A stretch of 63,714 bases of DNA, filler included, from Octopus bimaculoides (GCF_001194135.2; 6 parts of 6 records of this genome joined end to end with filler, not necessarily neighbours in it), one strand, 5' to 3'; numbered from the whole stretch's first letter, positions 1 to 13,315 are shown. The notes: generated by a model not told the origin, from the letters alone. Translations and numbers: made by a program.

Positions 1-256
1 TTTCTTGCATAAATAAAAGGAATTTTATTTAACAAACTGTGACACTAAGGACCGAAGTTTCCGTGGTCTTTTCGTAGGTTTTTCTTTCCACGGATAACCT
101 CCCCATTTATTGGGAATTTTCTGTATTATTTCATATTTTTTGTAAATACCCCAAACGTTTTGCGATGTTCTTTTTCCATCGTTGTCCCCACTTTTGTTTT
201 TTTTTTCTGCTTTGTGTTCGACCCCCTCGAAAAGAAAAACTCTACATTTGTATTTT

Positions 257-362
257 GTCCCCTCTGTGTTGAGCCCTGTGTGGCTAATAAAGAAACCTAT
301 CTATCTATCTATCTGTCTGTCTGTATGTATGTCTGTCTGTCTGTCTCTCTCTCTTCCTGTCC

Positions 363-397
<35 letters not shown>

Positions 398-455
398 CCT
401 TCTTTTAATATATCTATGTATCTATATGTCTATCTGTGTGTCTGTCTGTATATAA
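257..455. repeat. SINE 3' tail remnant followed by (CTAT)n/(GTCT)n compound microsatellite
   Basis: gtcccctctgtgttgagccctgtgtggctaataaagaaa (257-295) matches the SINE tail seen near 38945-38995; tetranucleotide repeats follow. Confidence 0.75.
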
Positions 456-519
456 GCATGTGCGTTCTCCTGTGATTTCAATTTTTTTAACTCTTCTTTT
501 GAAGAAGGAGTTGGTTACT

Positions 520-1800
520 AACAAACATACAAAGCTCCATTGCTGGAACGTAGATAGTAAATCAAACTCACATTTTAAACACGAGAAAAGATTTGCTCAT
601 TTCTGCTGTTCCACTTGCAGATTGTATTTCTAATGTGGCGGTTAGCTGGCTGATTTCTTTTTCTGAAGAACTTATCTTATCCAAATGGTCACTTAATCAT
701 TTACTCACGAAAACAAGCGCGCCAATTATTATTGGTATAAATGTGAATTTATAATCTAGATAGTGAAGTGAAGCTGAAGGTTTCGGAGCAGTTGCCTATA
801 GTTATCCTCTATCTCTTTCATTTCCAAAGAAATATTCGCATAAGCAGGGCAGCTGATCTCTATGACAGTACATACTTTTCCTTGTCTGTCCAAAACAACA
901 ACACCAAGTATTTTATGCTTACATTCGGCAGATGTTTTGATGGGAATATTCCCCCATTATTCCGTGTGTTGAAGGTTGCCTATGCATTCAATAACCGGAG
1001 GATTCTCTATAGTTATTCTAGGTCAGCCATTTTCCCAGGTGGCATTATATACTGTTTTTTGCGACAACGTCGACTTGTATAGGTAGATAGTACTTTCATG
1101 ATGTGTGTTTTGGGCAGCGGCTAAACACCTGTGATGTCTTCCATAGAAATACGAACATTAATGACGTGGGTGACATTAATTTTATTCTCTTCTGCATATG
1201 CCTGCATGTAGCCGTGGCATTTTGTTAACAGGGCTAACAAGGGATTCACTTCCAGTACAAGCAACATTACAATAAACTATCACTCTGGAATATGCCTGTT
1301 GATATCGTAATATTGTTTGTAACAATAGGTTTTGCTTTAGTAGTCCTTAGTGATAATTGTATAGACTATGTTGCAGTCAGTCTCTCAATGACATTCATCG
1401 TAGCATCTATTATTCGGGAAAAGTATAGTGATTCTATCACCCATGAGTGAGACAGTGTCATAATAACTGTTAGGAGTGTTTCACCCGTGATGTTATAAGT
1501 TTTGAGAGAGGCGTTTACCCTGTACTCATCTTGCAGGTCGTTCAACCATGCTGCATCGCGGTTGTGTTCTTTGCTTACATTCCGAATTCCCTGTCAAAAT
1601 GAGTCTAAATCTTTCAGGGCAGATTGTATTGCCTTTCATACTGCAATATATAACTTGTGAATTTCTTATGAAGTTAAGGTTTATCATTTTCCGTTCGTCT
1701 AATTTTTTTTACAATAACGAAGTTTTTTTCATTTACAGCTTGTAGATTCCTGTGTGTTTCTCGGCGGCAGTTTCCATACAATTTGGAGAGCATATCATGA
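520..1800 (-). mobile_element. Decayed, internally deleted RLE-type non-LTR retrotransposon (R4/Dong-like)
   Basis: Manual minus-strand translation: RT motif STGIFQSDSL (GIFQGDSL) at ~1276-1300, then HVINV..., and an RLE-like C-terminus ILDVVVLDRQGKVCTVIEISCP...FIPIIIGAL...SKSFLVFKM* ending at 568; many stops and frameshifts. Confidence 0.75.
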
Positions 1801-4259
1801 AGTTATAGCTGGTGATTCGTGAATTCATTTTTAGCCTTACATTTGGTGATAGAGACCAATTATCATATCGCTTAACCGAGTCTCTTGATGTTATTATAGA
1901 GGGAGGTAATACATTTTGGTTTTTGCTCAGTCTCTCCTGCGGTACAATATTGCAGGATGTGTATGCAATTATATATATATGTATTTATGCTTCTATGTAT
2001 GTATGTATGTATGTATGTATGCATGTACATATATATGCGTGCATGTATGTATACATGCAAGTACGGATAAATCGCCATATGTATTTGAACCAGCATTTTA
2101 GGAAAACAACAATGGGCAAAATATTTAGAATTTGTATAAAAAACCTCAAACCGTAATAGCTAGGATAGTTTGTCTTATAGAAATATTTCTAAAGAGGTTA
2201 TATTTGTGAGGAAAACACAAATCTTGTTCAGAATGTCGTCCGCAGATTATCAGAAATTGGTTTACACTTGATTTCGTCTCCTCAGTGACGAACATGCCAA
2301 AAGATTATGAGCAAAATTCAAATCCTAGTTCGGATAAAAATGCCGGCATTAAATGCTTTGTGTGAAAGCTGGTGAGGTTAAATTTAAATCAATATGTGGA
2401 CTTGGAATAATATTAGATCATAATGGTGACAAGCAAAACTTGTATAATATATAAAAAGTTTAAAAAAAACATAGCAGAGGAACCTGTAATATGTTGTTTC
2501 AGTCATTGCTTGTTCACATGAAAACAAAACTCACTTTCTTTAATGTATTACAAATCTTCTGCTTTTATTCCTATATGTTTGTTGGCTTTCATAAATAAAT
2601 AATAGATTACGCACTCAGGTGTGTTTATTATGCTTGAATATGGACTGTCCGTCAGGTTAGGAAATGTTTACATTTACCTTTATTTTTTCTTCCTTCACAA
2701 GTATTTTCAAAACCAAATTCAAATTTTAAATACATCTACGATTCAAGCAATTTTATAATTGTTAAAAATCTCTTTCGTAATAAAATGCGTGTCATATTGT
2801 GATCATTATTTTTATCTATTCTCCTGGGATTTCCTCTTGTTATGGCATTTGTGTGTAACTTAATTTACTTTCTAACTCATTTTTTGCTTTTTGTTTCTGT
2901 TTTAGATTTTTGTCACCCCTATAATTGATAAAACAAATGGGAACTATAGTGGGAACTGTGGTGTTACATTTCTTGTATGAAACTAAATGCCACTAAATTT
3001 GAAAGATATATAGTAGAAACAACATGAAAATAAGATCTAAAACAAATTAAGACGAAATGTAAGTGAAAGGTCCATGATTAACACTTGTGTCAAACAAAAA
3101 CTACTTGATATCCTGAAAAAGTACAATGATAGCGATAAATTTTAAGAATATACATATATACGCACAGACAGGCTTAAAAACAAACAGATATATACATGCA
3201 TACGTAAGGAGATAGATTGATTGATAGATAGATAGAGAAAGAGAGAAATAATACTTATATACGCAATAGGTACATACATACAATCATACATAAATATATA
3301 CATACATACATACATACGTACATACATTATTGAAATAAATTCTCCCAGTGACAAAAATAATAGAGCATTTGATAAGTGTCACAAAATGTTTTCTGTTGAA
3401 ACATGAGAGGTTTAACACACACACACATACAAACATCATTTAAGTGATAGCTTCAAGATATAAACAATTAATAAATCTGTGCTCAAGTGCATTATTTTAA
3501 AATGTTGTATATTTGGCTGACCAAAACCCCATTTTCTAAGTTAACTAGCTTACATATCTCAAAGTGAAGATCCATTCGCCATACAATTTGGTAACTGTAA
3601 TTCATTTTTAATAATAAACCCAATCAATTACAAATACATATGAAAATTACCTTCTTCGCCACCCAGGATAAGAAGTGCAGGTATTCCTAATTAATTTTCA
3701 TCTCATGAAGCGGATAATTTCAATCGATTAACTAATATAACAATTTATCTAAGTTAAGTACGTTAGCACGCATTTAACAATATACTTTTATTTTAAAGGC
3801 TTGCTTTAGAAATCACTTTATTCTTGTGCTTTCACTTTTGTATGGATATTACTATATGCTTATTTGAATTAACAGTATTAGACAGGCCTCNNNNNNNNNN
3901 NNNNNNNNNNNNNNNNNNNNNNNNNNNNNNNNNNNNNNNNNNNNNNNNNNNNNNNNNNNNNNNNNNNNNNNNNNNNNNNNNNNNNNNNNNNNNNNNNNNN
4001 NNNNNNNNNNNNNNNNNNNNNNNNNNNNNNNNNNNNNNNNNNNNNNNNNNNNNNNNNNNNNNNNNNNNNNNNNNNNNNNNNNNNNNNNNNNNNNNNNNNN
4101 NNNNNNNNNNNNNNNNNNNNNNNNNNNNNNNNNNNNNNNNNNNNNNNNNNNNNNNNNNNNNNNNNNNNNNNNNNNNNNNNNNNNNNNNNNNNNNNNNNNN
4201 NNNNNNNNNNNNNNNNNNNATATATATATATATAGTAATAACAATAATCCTTGGGTTTA

Positions 4260-5357
4260 TCACTGCTTATAATCGCCACACCTCATTTGATGACCGTGCT
4301 CCACCGACTAATGAAGATATGTATCTCAGCTTCCTAAAATTCTGTTGTCAACTGATGTAGCTAATGCCTTACAGCAATTTTCCTTTCTTCATCACCAACA
4401 TAATGTCTGCCTCTCGGTACATTTATTGGACCACGAAGAAGCAAGTCTGACGGGGCTAAAGCAAGTGAAGATTGCCTCCCTTGTTCTACCGCTTGAGTGA
4501 GGTTTGGCATTGTCATGTTGAGGACGAAATTTATCCCTTTCTAAATTTGGTCTTACTAGACGAATTCTAACTCTTTTAAGGTTCTCAATGTATGCTTCAG
4601 AGGTGACTGTTTCTTAGAGTTGGGAATAAATTGCCAAAAATAAAACCGTGAGCACCCATTTAGATAGACGCTATGGCATTTCCAGCTGACCTATCTGTCT
4701 CGAACCTTTTTGTCCTTGGAGACGTCGGATGACGCCATTCCTTCCATTCGGTGTCTTTCTGATTATTGCTCATAATATTGAATCCAAACTTCCTCTTCAG
4801 ATATGAATGAACATTTCAAAGGAAGTTTTGTTTCTCTTTCACAGATTTCAAGGTGTTCAGTTCAACAGTTCCCTTCATATGTTCATCTGTCAGTTGTGTT
4901 GGTATCCAGCGAGTTCACACTTTCTAATATAACAAGTCATTCAATGATATTGTTGAGTGCAACCATGGCTAGCTTCAAGCCCTGATGTCAGCACAATAAA
5001 TGTAAATACACAGTATCAGCTTTTCTTTATAGGTAAGATTGACGAAAATTGACAGGTGACCTATAACAGTCATATCCCGAATTCTCTGTTTTTCTTTTCG
5101 TTCTTGACCTGTTCAGTTCTCATCCAGACAGCGGCGTTGCATCGCTCAGTCTCTTGTGAAAGTTTACTGCTCCTTGCTTCCTGGCGAGACAGCTATTTTG
5201 ATATCAGCTTATTTATTCATATATCAAAACCGAAAATTAGGTAATTAAAGACAAATGCTATGTTTCTTTACATCAGTGCCTAATATGGATTTAATTTTAT
5301 ATTAAGAATGTGCCTCGTATAATAAAATATGGAATTACTCTTTATCTCACCCTCGTG
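4260..5357 (-). mobile_element. Mariner transposon relic
   Basis: Minus-strand motifs EEVWIQYYE, EWRHPTSPR..SAG, QHDNAKPH, LAPSDL..., RW..VI; mariner-like TIR start (t)gcacgagggtgagataaagagtaa at ~5333-5357. Confidence 0.85.
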
Positions 5358-5719
5358 CATATATATATATATATATATATACATATAGGTGTGTGTATAT
5401 TACCCACATACACACACATTTATATATGCAGGTAGGTGAGTCAAAATTAATTCCGCTAATACAACAGATTAGTAAAGAACTCCGCGATTTCTTGCGGCAG
5501 TGTCCTAGGTTATACTTCATCATCATTCTATATTGCAAATACATGGCTGGGCTTCAGTTATGCTGGCTTTCACGCAAAGTGGTATTAATTTACTCCTCCT
5601 GTATGTGTGTATTTTATGAGAGAAAAACACACGTAATAATTGAAGTAGAAAAACGATCAATTTTATACACGAGATGCTACTTGTTTAATAATTGACAATA
5701 ATAAGTGAGTTGCATATCA

Positions 5720-6081
5720 TGGCACTCTGTCGGTTACAACGACAAGGGTTCCAGTTGATCCGACCGACAGAACAGTCTGCTTGTGAAATTAACGTGCACG
5801 TGACTAAGCACTCCATATAAACATGTATCCTTAACGTAGTTCTCGGGGAAATTCAGCGTGAGACAACGTGTGACAAGGCTGGCTCTTTGAAATACAGGTA
5901 CAACAGAAACAAGAAGAAAGAGCTGTGGTGAAAGAATACAGCAGGGTTCACCATCAACCTCTGCCAGAGCCTCTTTGAGCTTTAGGTGTTTTTGCGCAAT
6001 AAACACTCACCACACCTGGTCTGGGAATCGAAACAGCGATCCTATGACCACGAACGCGCTGCCCTAACCACTGGGCCATTG
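5720..6081 (-). mobile_element. tRNA-derived SINE (family also at 37793-38305 and 55960-56100)
   Basis: Reverse-complement head caatggcccagtggttagggcagcg...gtttcgattcccagacc has Pol III A/B-box-like motifs; body matches the other copies in the window. Confidence 0.85.
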
Positions 6082-6134
6082 TATGTGAGTTGTATTTTAT
6101 ATATTAATAAAGTGAAGGCAGTTATATAATACAC

Positions 6135-6240
6135 AAGGCTTTGGTTGGCACGGAGCTGTAATGAAAACGAATTGCCCAACGTGCCGCACAGTGGGACTGA
6201 ATCTGGTTGTAGAGCAAGCTTCTCAACCACAGAATCACGC
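6135..6240 (-). mobile_element. SINE 5' fragment
   Basis: Similar to the cagtgggactgaacc...gcaagcttcttaccacacagcc head of the 35720-36135 and 50395-50822 copies. Confidence 0.6.
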
Positions 6241-6459
6241 CTAAAAAGGCAAGATAACTTTTGGATAATATACTACTTGATACAATACGCTTAACAAAAC
6301 AATGGCTTGTTTACGTCGAGAAGACCTTTGATTTTAATATTTACTCGACCAACGCTACACCATACATGGTTGCAATGAGATTGAGTAAATTTTAAAAAGC
6401 TGACTGAATTTTATGTTTATTAATTAATCATGATACCAACACAAATAGATTTATAAATA

Positions 6460-6710
6460 TTGCGTCAAACTTTTATTGAAAATTTTCAACATGTCTGTAT
6501 ACATGCATATTTCAAATCTCACCTTAGCTTTGTAATACACATTTTGAAACATTTCAGGAATTAGCTCCTGCAGTGCCAGCTAAATGTGTTCTTTAAGCTC
6601 AGCTAAACGATTGTTCCATCTTGGGGATGGAGGTAAAAAAGATGATTGCTGCCAAATTGAAAAGAAGTTGTCGTGGACAAATAAGAGGGGTCCAACGAGA
6701 AGGAAAATAA
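6460..6710 (-). mobile_element. Possible Tc1-like transposase C-terminal relic
   Basis: Minus strand reads ...DNFFSIWQQ...LAELKEHI*LALQELIPEMFQNVYYKAKVRFEIC, resembling Tc1/mariner C-termini; heavily degenerate. Confidence 0.35.
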
Positions 6711-7385
6711 AATTATAAAAAAAATTATAAAAATTATAAAATTTTGAACAAAATTCAAAATTTATATATATTAAACTCATATTAAACATGATAAACCTAA
6801 ATAAAAGTGAGCTTTAAATTAAATGCATCCGATTTCACTCAAATCATAATTAATTCTGGGACACTTTGTGGGGGAAGGAACACGAGGAGGAGGGACTAAT
6901 TGCAGGTGGCGAGCTTAGCTACCGAAAAATGGCTGTGAGTTACAACAATTAGCGGTGTGTTTTTTGTATGAACATTTTGTATTATATAGTTCAGTCATGG
7001 ATGGGACAGAACGTGTTGATCTGCCACGTTGCTGCATTATGCGGGAATGGAAACGTGAAACATCAACAGGACACTTCTGGAGAATGGATGAATAGGTTTG
7101 TTGTGCCTTTACTCAACCACGCACATACACGTGCAAACGCGTGCGCGCACACACACGCACACACACGCACACACACGCACACACACGCATACGTACCTTT
7201 ACCTGGCCGCACCTACACACACACATACGCACATACACACGCACATGGCACGGTGGTGCATAGGGGGATGGTAACATGAAGCGTCAACAGGACGCCGACT
7301 AAAATTTTAATGTTTAATTTCCTCTGCCAAATTGGACAAAAAGGTTTTCATGAAATATTATACGGTACTTAAGTAGTATCAATAT

Positions 7386-7622
7386 TTCATCGACGGAAAA
7401 TGGCCTAAACCAAAGATAAAACCCAGTGTAGTATACTCAAATGTGATTAATCTGCATTTTGTGGGGACCTATCTTCGGCGTTGGAAATGTATTTAATCAA
7501 CAGCATGTCGATTAAAAACATTTCCAACGCCGACGATAGGTCCCCACAAAATGCAGATTAATCACATTTGAGTATACTGCACTGGGTTTTATCTTTGTTT
7601 TAGGCCATTTTCCTTCGATGAA
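7386..7622. repeat. 237-bp near-perfect palindrome (~113-bp arms, 3-11 nt loop)
   Basis: 7386-7498 is the reverse complement of 7510-7622 with about six mismatches. Confidence 0.95.
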
Positions 7623-10600
7623 GGAGCCTGATTAATGCCAGTTGGAAATTTGGAGCAAAGCAACACATGACACTCAATAGAACATAAGTAATGCATGTGT
7701 AACATTTGAATGAAATCGGTTGGGTACTTCTTAACTTTTAAGGATTCACACAAACAGACAATTTTCTATAGAGAGATTGGCTTTCTGCTTTGTTTATCGT
7801 TATTGAGAATTGTCATTAGGAGACAAGGCAATTCTTAAGATGAACAGTTCATTGATGGGTTTTCTTATTGTGCTCATGCGTGTATGAATATAATGCTCAC
7901 GTCGTGATATGACGACCATACGAGTACTGTATGAAAGTGTAATCTTTCCAACTAATTTTCAAAGAAGTATTACTATATATCCATTCATCAATTGCAATTC
8001 GTGCGGGCATTCTTGATAACATTTGTCCGTTGAAGAATGATATAAAGGCATTTATTGTCGACTATTCATCATCATCGTCATTAAATTATGAATTAGCAAT
8101 TTTGTCTGTTCTCCTATCACCGAGAATAAAGTTTAATATTTGATTCTAGGTCAGTATTCACTCTTTCTTTCTCTATTATTTATTGCTAGTTAGCATTTGA
8201 TCAGTTAGATTACGATGTAGCATTTCAACGATGTAATTTTCCAAGTGCATCTGTCTGCATATGATTCCATAGGGTTTTATTCTTAAAATAAGTTATTTTG
8301 TGAATTCATCCTACAAGTGACATTATTAATATGCCTCCCAAATAGTCATGCTTGATGCATGACCAAATAAATAAAATTTTTGCGAATGTTCATTCGACAG
8401 AAATTGTGCCAAAGAAGAATAATTTCTTTCTCGAAATGGTTTTATATTCATTATTACCTCTTTAGAGAACAATATCATAACTATTCGTATATCATTAGTG
8501 TTTAATATTAACGTTTCATTGACTGTAAGGTAAGAAACCTGATGGATGAAAATGGATTCGACACAAAGAATTTTACAGGGCGTATTAATCCTCCCAGAAT
8601 AAGAACAGGAATTCTAAATCCATTGTATTCTGTTCGTCCATGACACAAATCTTTTGCTATTCCTATAATTTCAAATAGAACGAATTTTCCTCTGTGCAAC
8701 AAGTAGCTAATTTTACTATTCCGCGATGCGTTTTACGCAGCGGATTTGATCCATCAAAAAGGACCTGTTATCAATTGGCACATTAAAATACATTAGAATA
8801 TTTCATATTGAAGCTCCTGAATCGTGTAATCACTCCAACTAGTTTGAGTAATTATTCTAAGTGAAATGATATAAAACAATTCCAGATACGAAAATACCAA
8901 TACAAACCATTCTAAGATTAATAGCATTTAAAATATCTGTGAAGAATGTTTGTTTTTGTTCATTTCCAAATAAAGCCCTTTGGTAATGTAATCATCAATC
9001 ATCTTTCATTCAAACTTCTAATATATTTGCATTGTTTGTTGGTGGAATTATTTATGAAGCACATTTAGAAAAACAAATATTTGATATTTCGATGATCTTG
9101 AGGTGTAGACAAATTTGAATTATTCGTAACCATACGGGGCTCGTTGCACTTTCGAAAATAAAATTCGGATAGAAAAGCCTTCATATTTTTTGAGACTAAC
9201 AATGCATAATCGTGAATAAATTTTAAAGAAATCGCAAATGATTAGGACACATTTTCTTTAAAATGAAGCACAGATTTAGAGTAGGTTAATGGAGAATATC
9301 GCAGAAATGCATGTCTTCTTGACTGAAGGGAAACTACAAAATAATATGTTTATATTTTCCAACGAGTAGATTTATATGATTTCCTCTAAATTTTTTCCGT
9401 AAAAATACGATCTCTTGTCCCCACTAATAATGAAGCACCACCCCTAAAATTGTGAGGGTTTATCGTGAAGGTTACTTTTTCTGTGATTTGTCATATTACA
9501 TCAGCAGCACAAATGTTTCTGGCATTTAGGTATTGTGATATTTTGTTGTCAGCAATTCTTGGTTCATATGTCATGTCGTCATTTTAAACATTCATTAAAT
9601 TGTAGCACCTACGCATATGTTAGAAGACGTATCCGAATGATTTCACTGAAGATCACGTTAATAGCACAGTTAAACTTGAAAATGAGTTATTTCTTATAAG
9701 GGACAATGCACCTGCTGTCAACAGTATGGTTGCCAATTTGCAGAATGGTATTTCAATGTCGTCTTTACATTGGCTAACAGTCAACATTTGCATCTCTATG
9801 CTGTTGGAATTCCTTAGGTAAGCCTTTACTACATTTATTATTCTCCATGCATGGTGCATTAAGATGCAGATTGACACAAGAACCGTGAATAATGCATTTC
9901 CTAAAGGTTTCAAGTGTTGTCTCATGTGTATAGATTAGATATTTCTATGTACACTACTTCATCTATATTACCTGGGTCATTAAATTTAGCTTCTTCGTCG
10001 AAGATGATCAATATACCAGCATGTGATAATCCTCTTTTCTAGAGTTAGATGAATCAGCAATATATTTCATTATCTTAAAAAGTATATTCCAACAACTTTG
10101 AAAATTTCTTGCTACGATATTTGATTTGTTTCTCTCCGAAAGACTACCTCAATTTTCATCCGGGGAATGAATGCATATCATGAAGTTAAATAAATTTAAG
10201 TTTCGAAATTTTCACACCATAGCACCTACTGTATAATTGTCATTCCATCCACATTTGTAAAGCTTTAACATTTTAATTTAATGTTCCGGTGGTTTTGAAT
10301 GAAATACCGACAATTATTATTAGTGTTTACTTTTACTCCTTTCGGCTGCTTGAAAGCCTTCATTTTCAGATTCTAGTACTTTATATGTGCAACGAATTTA
10401 TAAAATATTCTTTTATTTGTTGTTTGAATGCAAAACAGTCATAATTTGAGAGTCACATCGATCCCTCTGCTTCTCTGTTCTAGTACCATTTTCAAGCCTA
10501 CTACATAAAATGGTGCAGTGTAGAGATTCACTCCAAGAGATGCATATTACTGGTACTACAATACATTTGGCTATAAACGCAGAAAGAATGTGACCCGTGG

Positions 10601-10960
10601 ATAAGATATACTATAAGGATAATTTAAACTGCTCATGAAATATCGCGGATATGGTGGTATTTCTTTAAGATACATGTTTATATTGCAGGCGGTAATTACT
10701 GGTTTCACGACTGGAAGTTTGTTTTGATAAAATATATAGCTCTATAAGATAGGCGTACGCTATGAGTAAGCCTCAAATGTCACACAGTAACTAATTTTGC
10801 TGGAGTAATATTGTTGTTCATTATAATTTGTAACTTTTGATTTTTTTCTGTTTGAATATATTTGATGTTCACCCTTGCGCTGATGGAAGCTTTTTCACTG
10901 TGGACGGCCACGGGAATCCGATATATTAAACTGTTGCCTGTCAATACCTTTAAGAAAGAC
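7510..10960 (-). mobile_element. Decayed autonomous-type Helitron (HUH Rep plus PIF1-like helicase pseudogene)
   Basis: Minus-strand motifs in the expected order: DGMTI..LF (motif I region, ~10200), KRGLSHAGILI (HUH motif, ~10005-10040), IIHGSCVNLHLNAPCMENNKCSKGLPKEF, VDSRCIVPY..LIFKFNCAINV; then helicase RGKFVLFEIIGIAKDLCHGRTEYNGFRIP (8600-8700), MP.HELQL..G, ITINKAESQSL (~7765-7805), H.LLYVLLSV, AVYSNVI. Confidence 0.9.
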
Positions 10961-10997
10961 ATCATAATGGAGATTCCAAAGTGCGGGGATACGCAGG

Positions 10998-11540
10998 TGA
11001 AGTTGACTTAAGTATAGTGGTTAATACTGGCACAGACGGGGTAGATGTGCTAAGGTTTACGTGATGTGTAGAGACCAGCAGACAGACGTGATTGAGTTGT
11101 ATATTTACAATTAGCCTTCATTGCTCCCCACGTTTGTATTTCTATTTTGCACTTAATAAATTATTAATCTTTGATTTTTGAACCATGTTTCTTTCTTTAT
11201 ATGTTTCTTGTTGATATTTTGTATTTTTGTAATTAATTTACGACATTTTTTCGAAGGAAAAGTAACTTCTACTCGAAAGAAAAAAAAAAACAAATGAATG
11301 TTACAAATATACCACAGTGTTTGCTCGGGCAATTAGAATTTTGCTAAGGCAGTATCGAATCCTGGCAAAATAGAAAAAAAAAAAGAAAGAAACATGCACC
11401 CCAATAATTTATGTGCACACGATCTGCCTTCAGATGTCACAACTTAACAATGAAGCTGACGTAAGTATAGTGGTTAATACTGGCACAGAAGCGTAGATGT
11501 ACTAAGGCTTACGTGATGTGGAGAGACCAGCAGACAGACG
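10998..11540 (+). repeat. Pair of ~90-bp direct repeats (10998-11088 and 11451-11540)
   Basis: tgaag(t/c)tgac(t/g)taagtatagtggttaatactggcacaga...gagaccagcagacagacg occurs twice with few mismatches. Confidence 0.9.
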
Positions 11541-11623
11541 CACCAGATAGTATTCTAAATTAAGACAAGGACATACAGTAAAAATTACAAGGTAATACTT
11601 AACCTGTACGTATTATTCTTCAG

Positions 11624-11676
11624 GTTCAACGAGAGGAAGATCTCCAGTTCACATCCCCGTTTTATCTGAAAAATCG
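11624..11676 (+). other. Candidate 53-nt internal exon (unverified)
   Basis: tattattctttcag acceptor and tcg|gtaaga donor; open in two frames; no recognisable homology. Confidence 0.2.
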
Positions 11677-11975
11677 GTAAGAGTGTAGTCCTGTCACAAA
11701 TACGAAATAGTGTTGTCTTGACAACTTACCATTATATTCCCGAACAGACACTTGCCGCATATGTCTTAGCTAGAAACTTCACCTACTTCAAAAGTCCAGA
11801 TTAGCATTTAATAAAATAATGAGTTACCAGTCTGTGACAAATATCGGACCGATACACTAGTTAACAATATATCACTACTTGTTAATGATGACATACTTAT
11901 ATATACACATATATACACACATATATATATATACATATATATACACATACACACACACATATATATACATATACA

Positions 11976-12011
<36 letters not shown>

Positions 12012-12210
12012 NNNNNNNNNNNNNNNNNNNNNNNNNNNNNNNNNNNNNNNNNNNNNNNNNNNNNNNNNNNNNNNNNNNNNNNNNNNNNNNNNNNNNNNNN
12101 NNNNNNNNNNNNNNNNNNNNNNNNNNNNNNNNNNNNNNNNNNNNNNNNNNNNNNNNNNNNNNNNNNNNNNNNNNNNNNNNNNNNNNNNNNNNNNNNNNNN
12201 NNNNNNNNNN

Positions 12211-12258
<48 letters not shown>

Positions 12259-12695
12259 GATAGATAGATGAATATATTGATGATGTTTTCAACTATCTAC
12301 GTCCAGCTGTATTGTTATGCATGTGTGTAAATATTATTTTTTCCAGTTATACTCATTAACTTATCGTTTCGAAATGTATTTGAAGATCATTAGGTATTAT
12401 TTATTTTAGGTCAAGTATGACACGATACAATTGACGCCAGACAGGCTTAAACAAGTCACATGTGCAAAAATTTTAAAGACAATTTGATTTACTGCTCAGC
12501 TATATAAATCTCCAGCAATTATCTTAAAATCATTCAATAATCAACAACGAATAACTCACGAATTTAATAGGAAAGTTCATTCTGCAACCGACCCGAACAA
12601 AGATTAAATTCGTATTATCAAAGCATACACATATATACATAAACATATATACATATGCACAAATAAATACATACATACATACATATATACATAGA

Positions 12696-12730
<35 letters not shown>

Positions 12731-12754
12731 GCATACGTACATAAATATATATTC

Positions 12755-12795
<41 letters not shown>

Positions 12796-12912
12796 CTTGT
12801 ATATATGTATATATGTATGTATATCTATGTACGTTATATATATACATATATGTATATATATATATATANNNNNNNNNNNNNNNNNNNNNNNNNNNNNNNN
12901 NNNNNNNNNNNN

Positions 12913-12924
12913 TTAATTAATTAA
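12913..12924. other. Scaffolding linker TTAATTAATTAA (also 34309-34320, 39369-39380, 51180-51191, 58137-58148)
   Basis: Each copy sits between two runs of exactly 44 N (100-bp total) and gives stops in all six frames, so it is an artefact. Confidence 0.95.
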
Positions 12925-13315
12925 NNNNNNNNNNNNNNNNNNNNNNNNNNNNNNNNNNNNNNNNNNNNCTTTCAGATATACTTTCATTGTGATTTCTGCA
13001 ATGTGGTGCATAAATTGTCAAGTAAATGAGACGCATCTTTGCCTCCACTGATTCACTTGCAAAGTGTTGAGTAAAATTATTTCGTTGCAGACCTCCTTTG
13101 GGTCTTTTTATTATCACTATGACACACATAGTCCCCAGTTGGTAACATTGATTTCAAGGCCTTCCGAGATGAGAGACTGGCATTCCACTTAATGTCTATG
13201 CTCCATGCTGGCATGGATTGGAGAGTTATTAATGTAGAAACATGGTATCCTAGCTACTAACAGTTGAGGGTTGCGTAATCTAGACGGCGTTTTTAGATTT
13301 CATTATTCTCTTTAA

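Noticed and set aside
45-100. HHR-like GAAAC-UUCG-GUC with a CCGUGG/CCACGG stem on the minus strand
   Set aside because: No CUGANGA-like core upstream of the stem; too degenerate to call.
7025-7293. Diverged ~45-bp direct repeats (7025-7073, 7249-7293) around a CA-rich tract
   Set aside because: Short, low identity and without functional hallmarks; probably an old local duplication.
12913-12924. Identical TTAATTAATTAA islands at five loci
   Set aside because: Each is centred in a 44N+12+44N block and is a six-frame-stop scaffolding linker, not biology.
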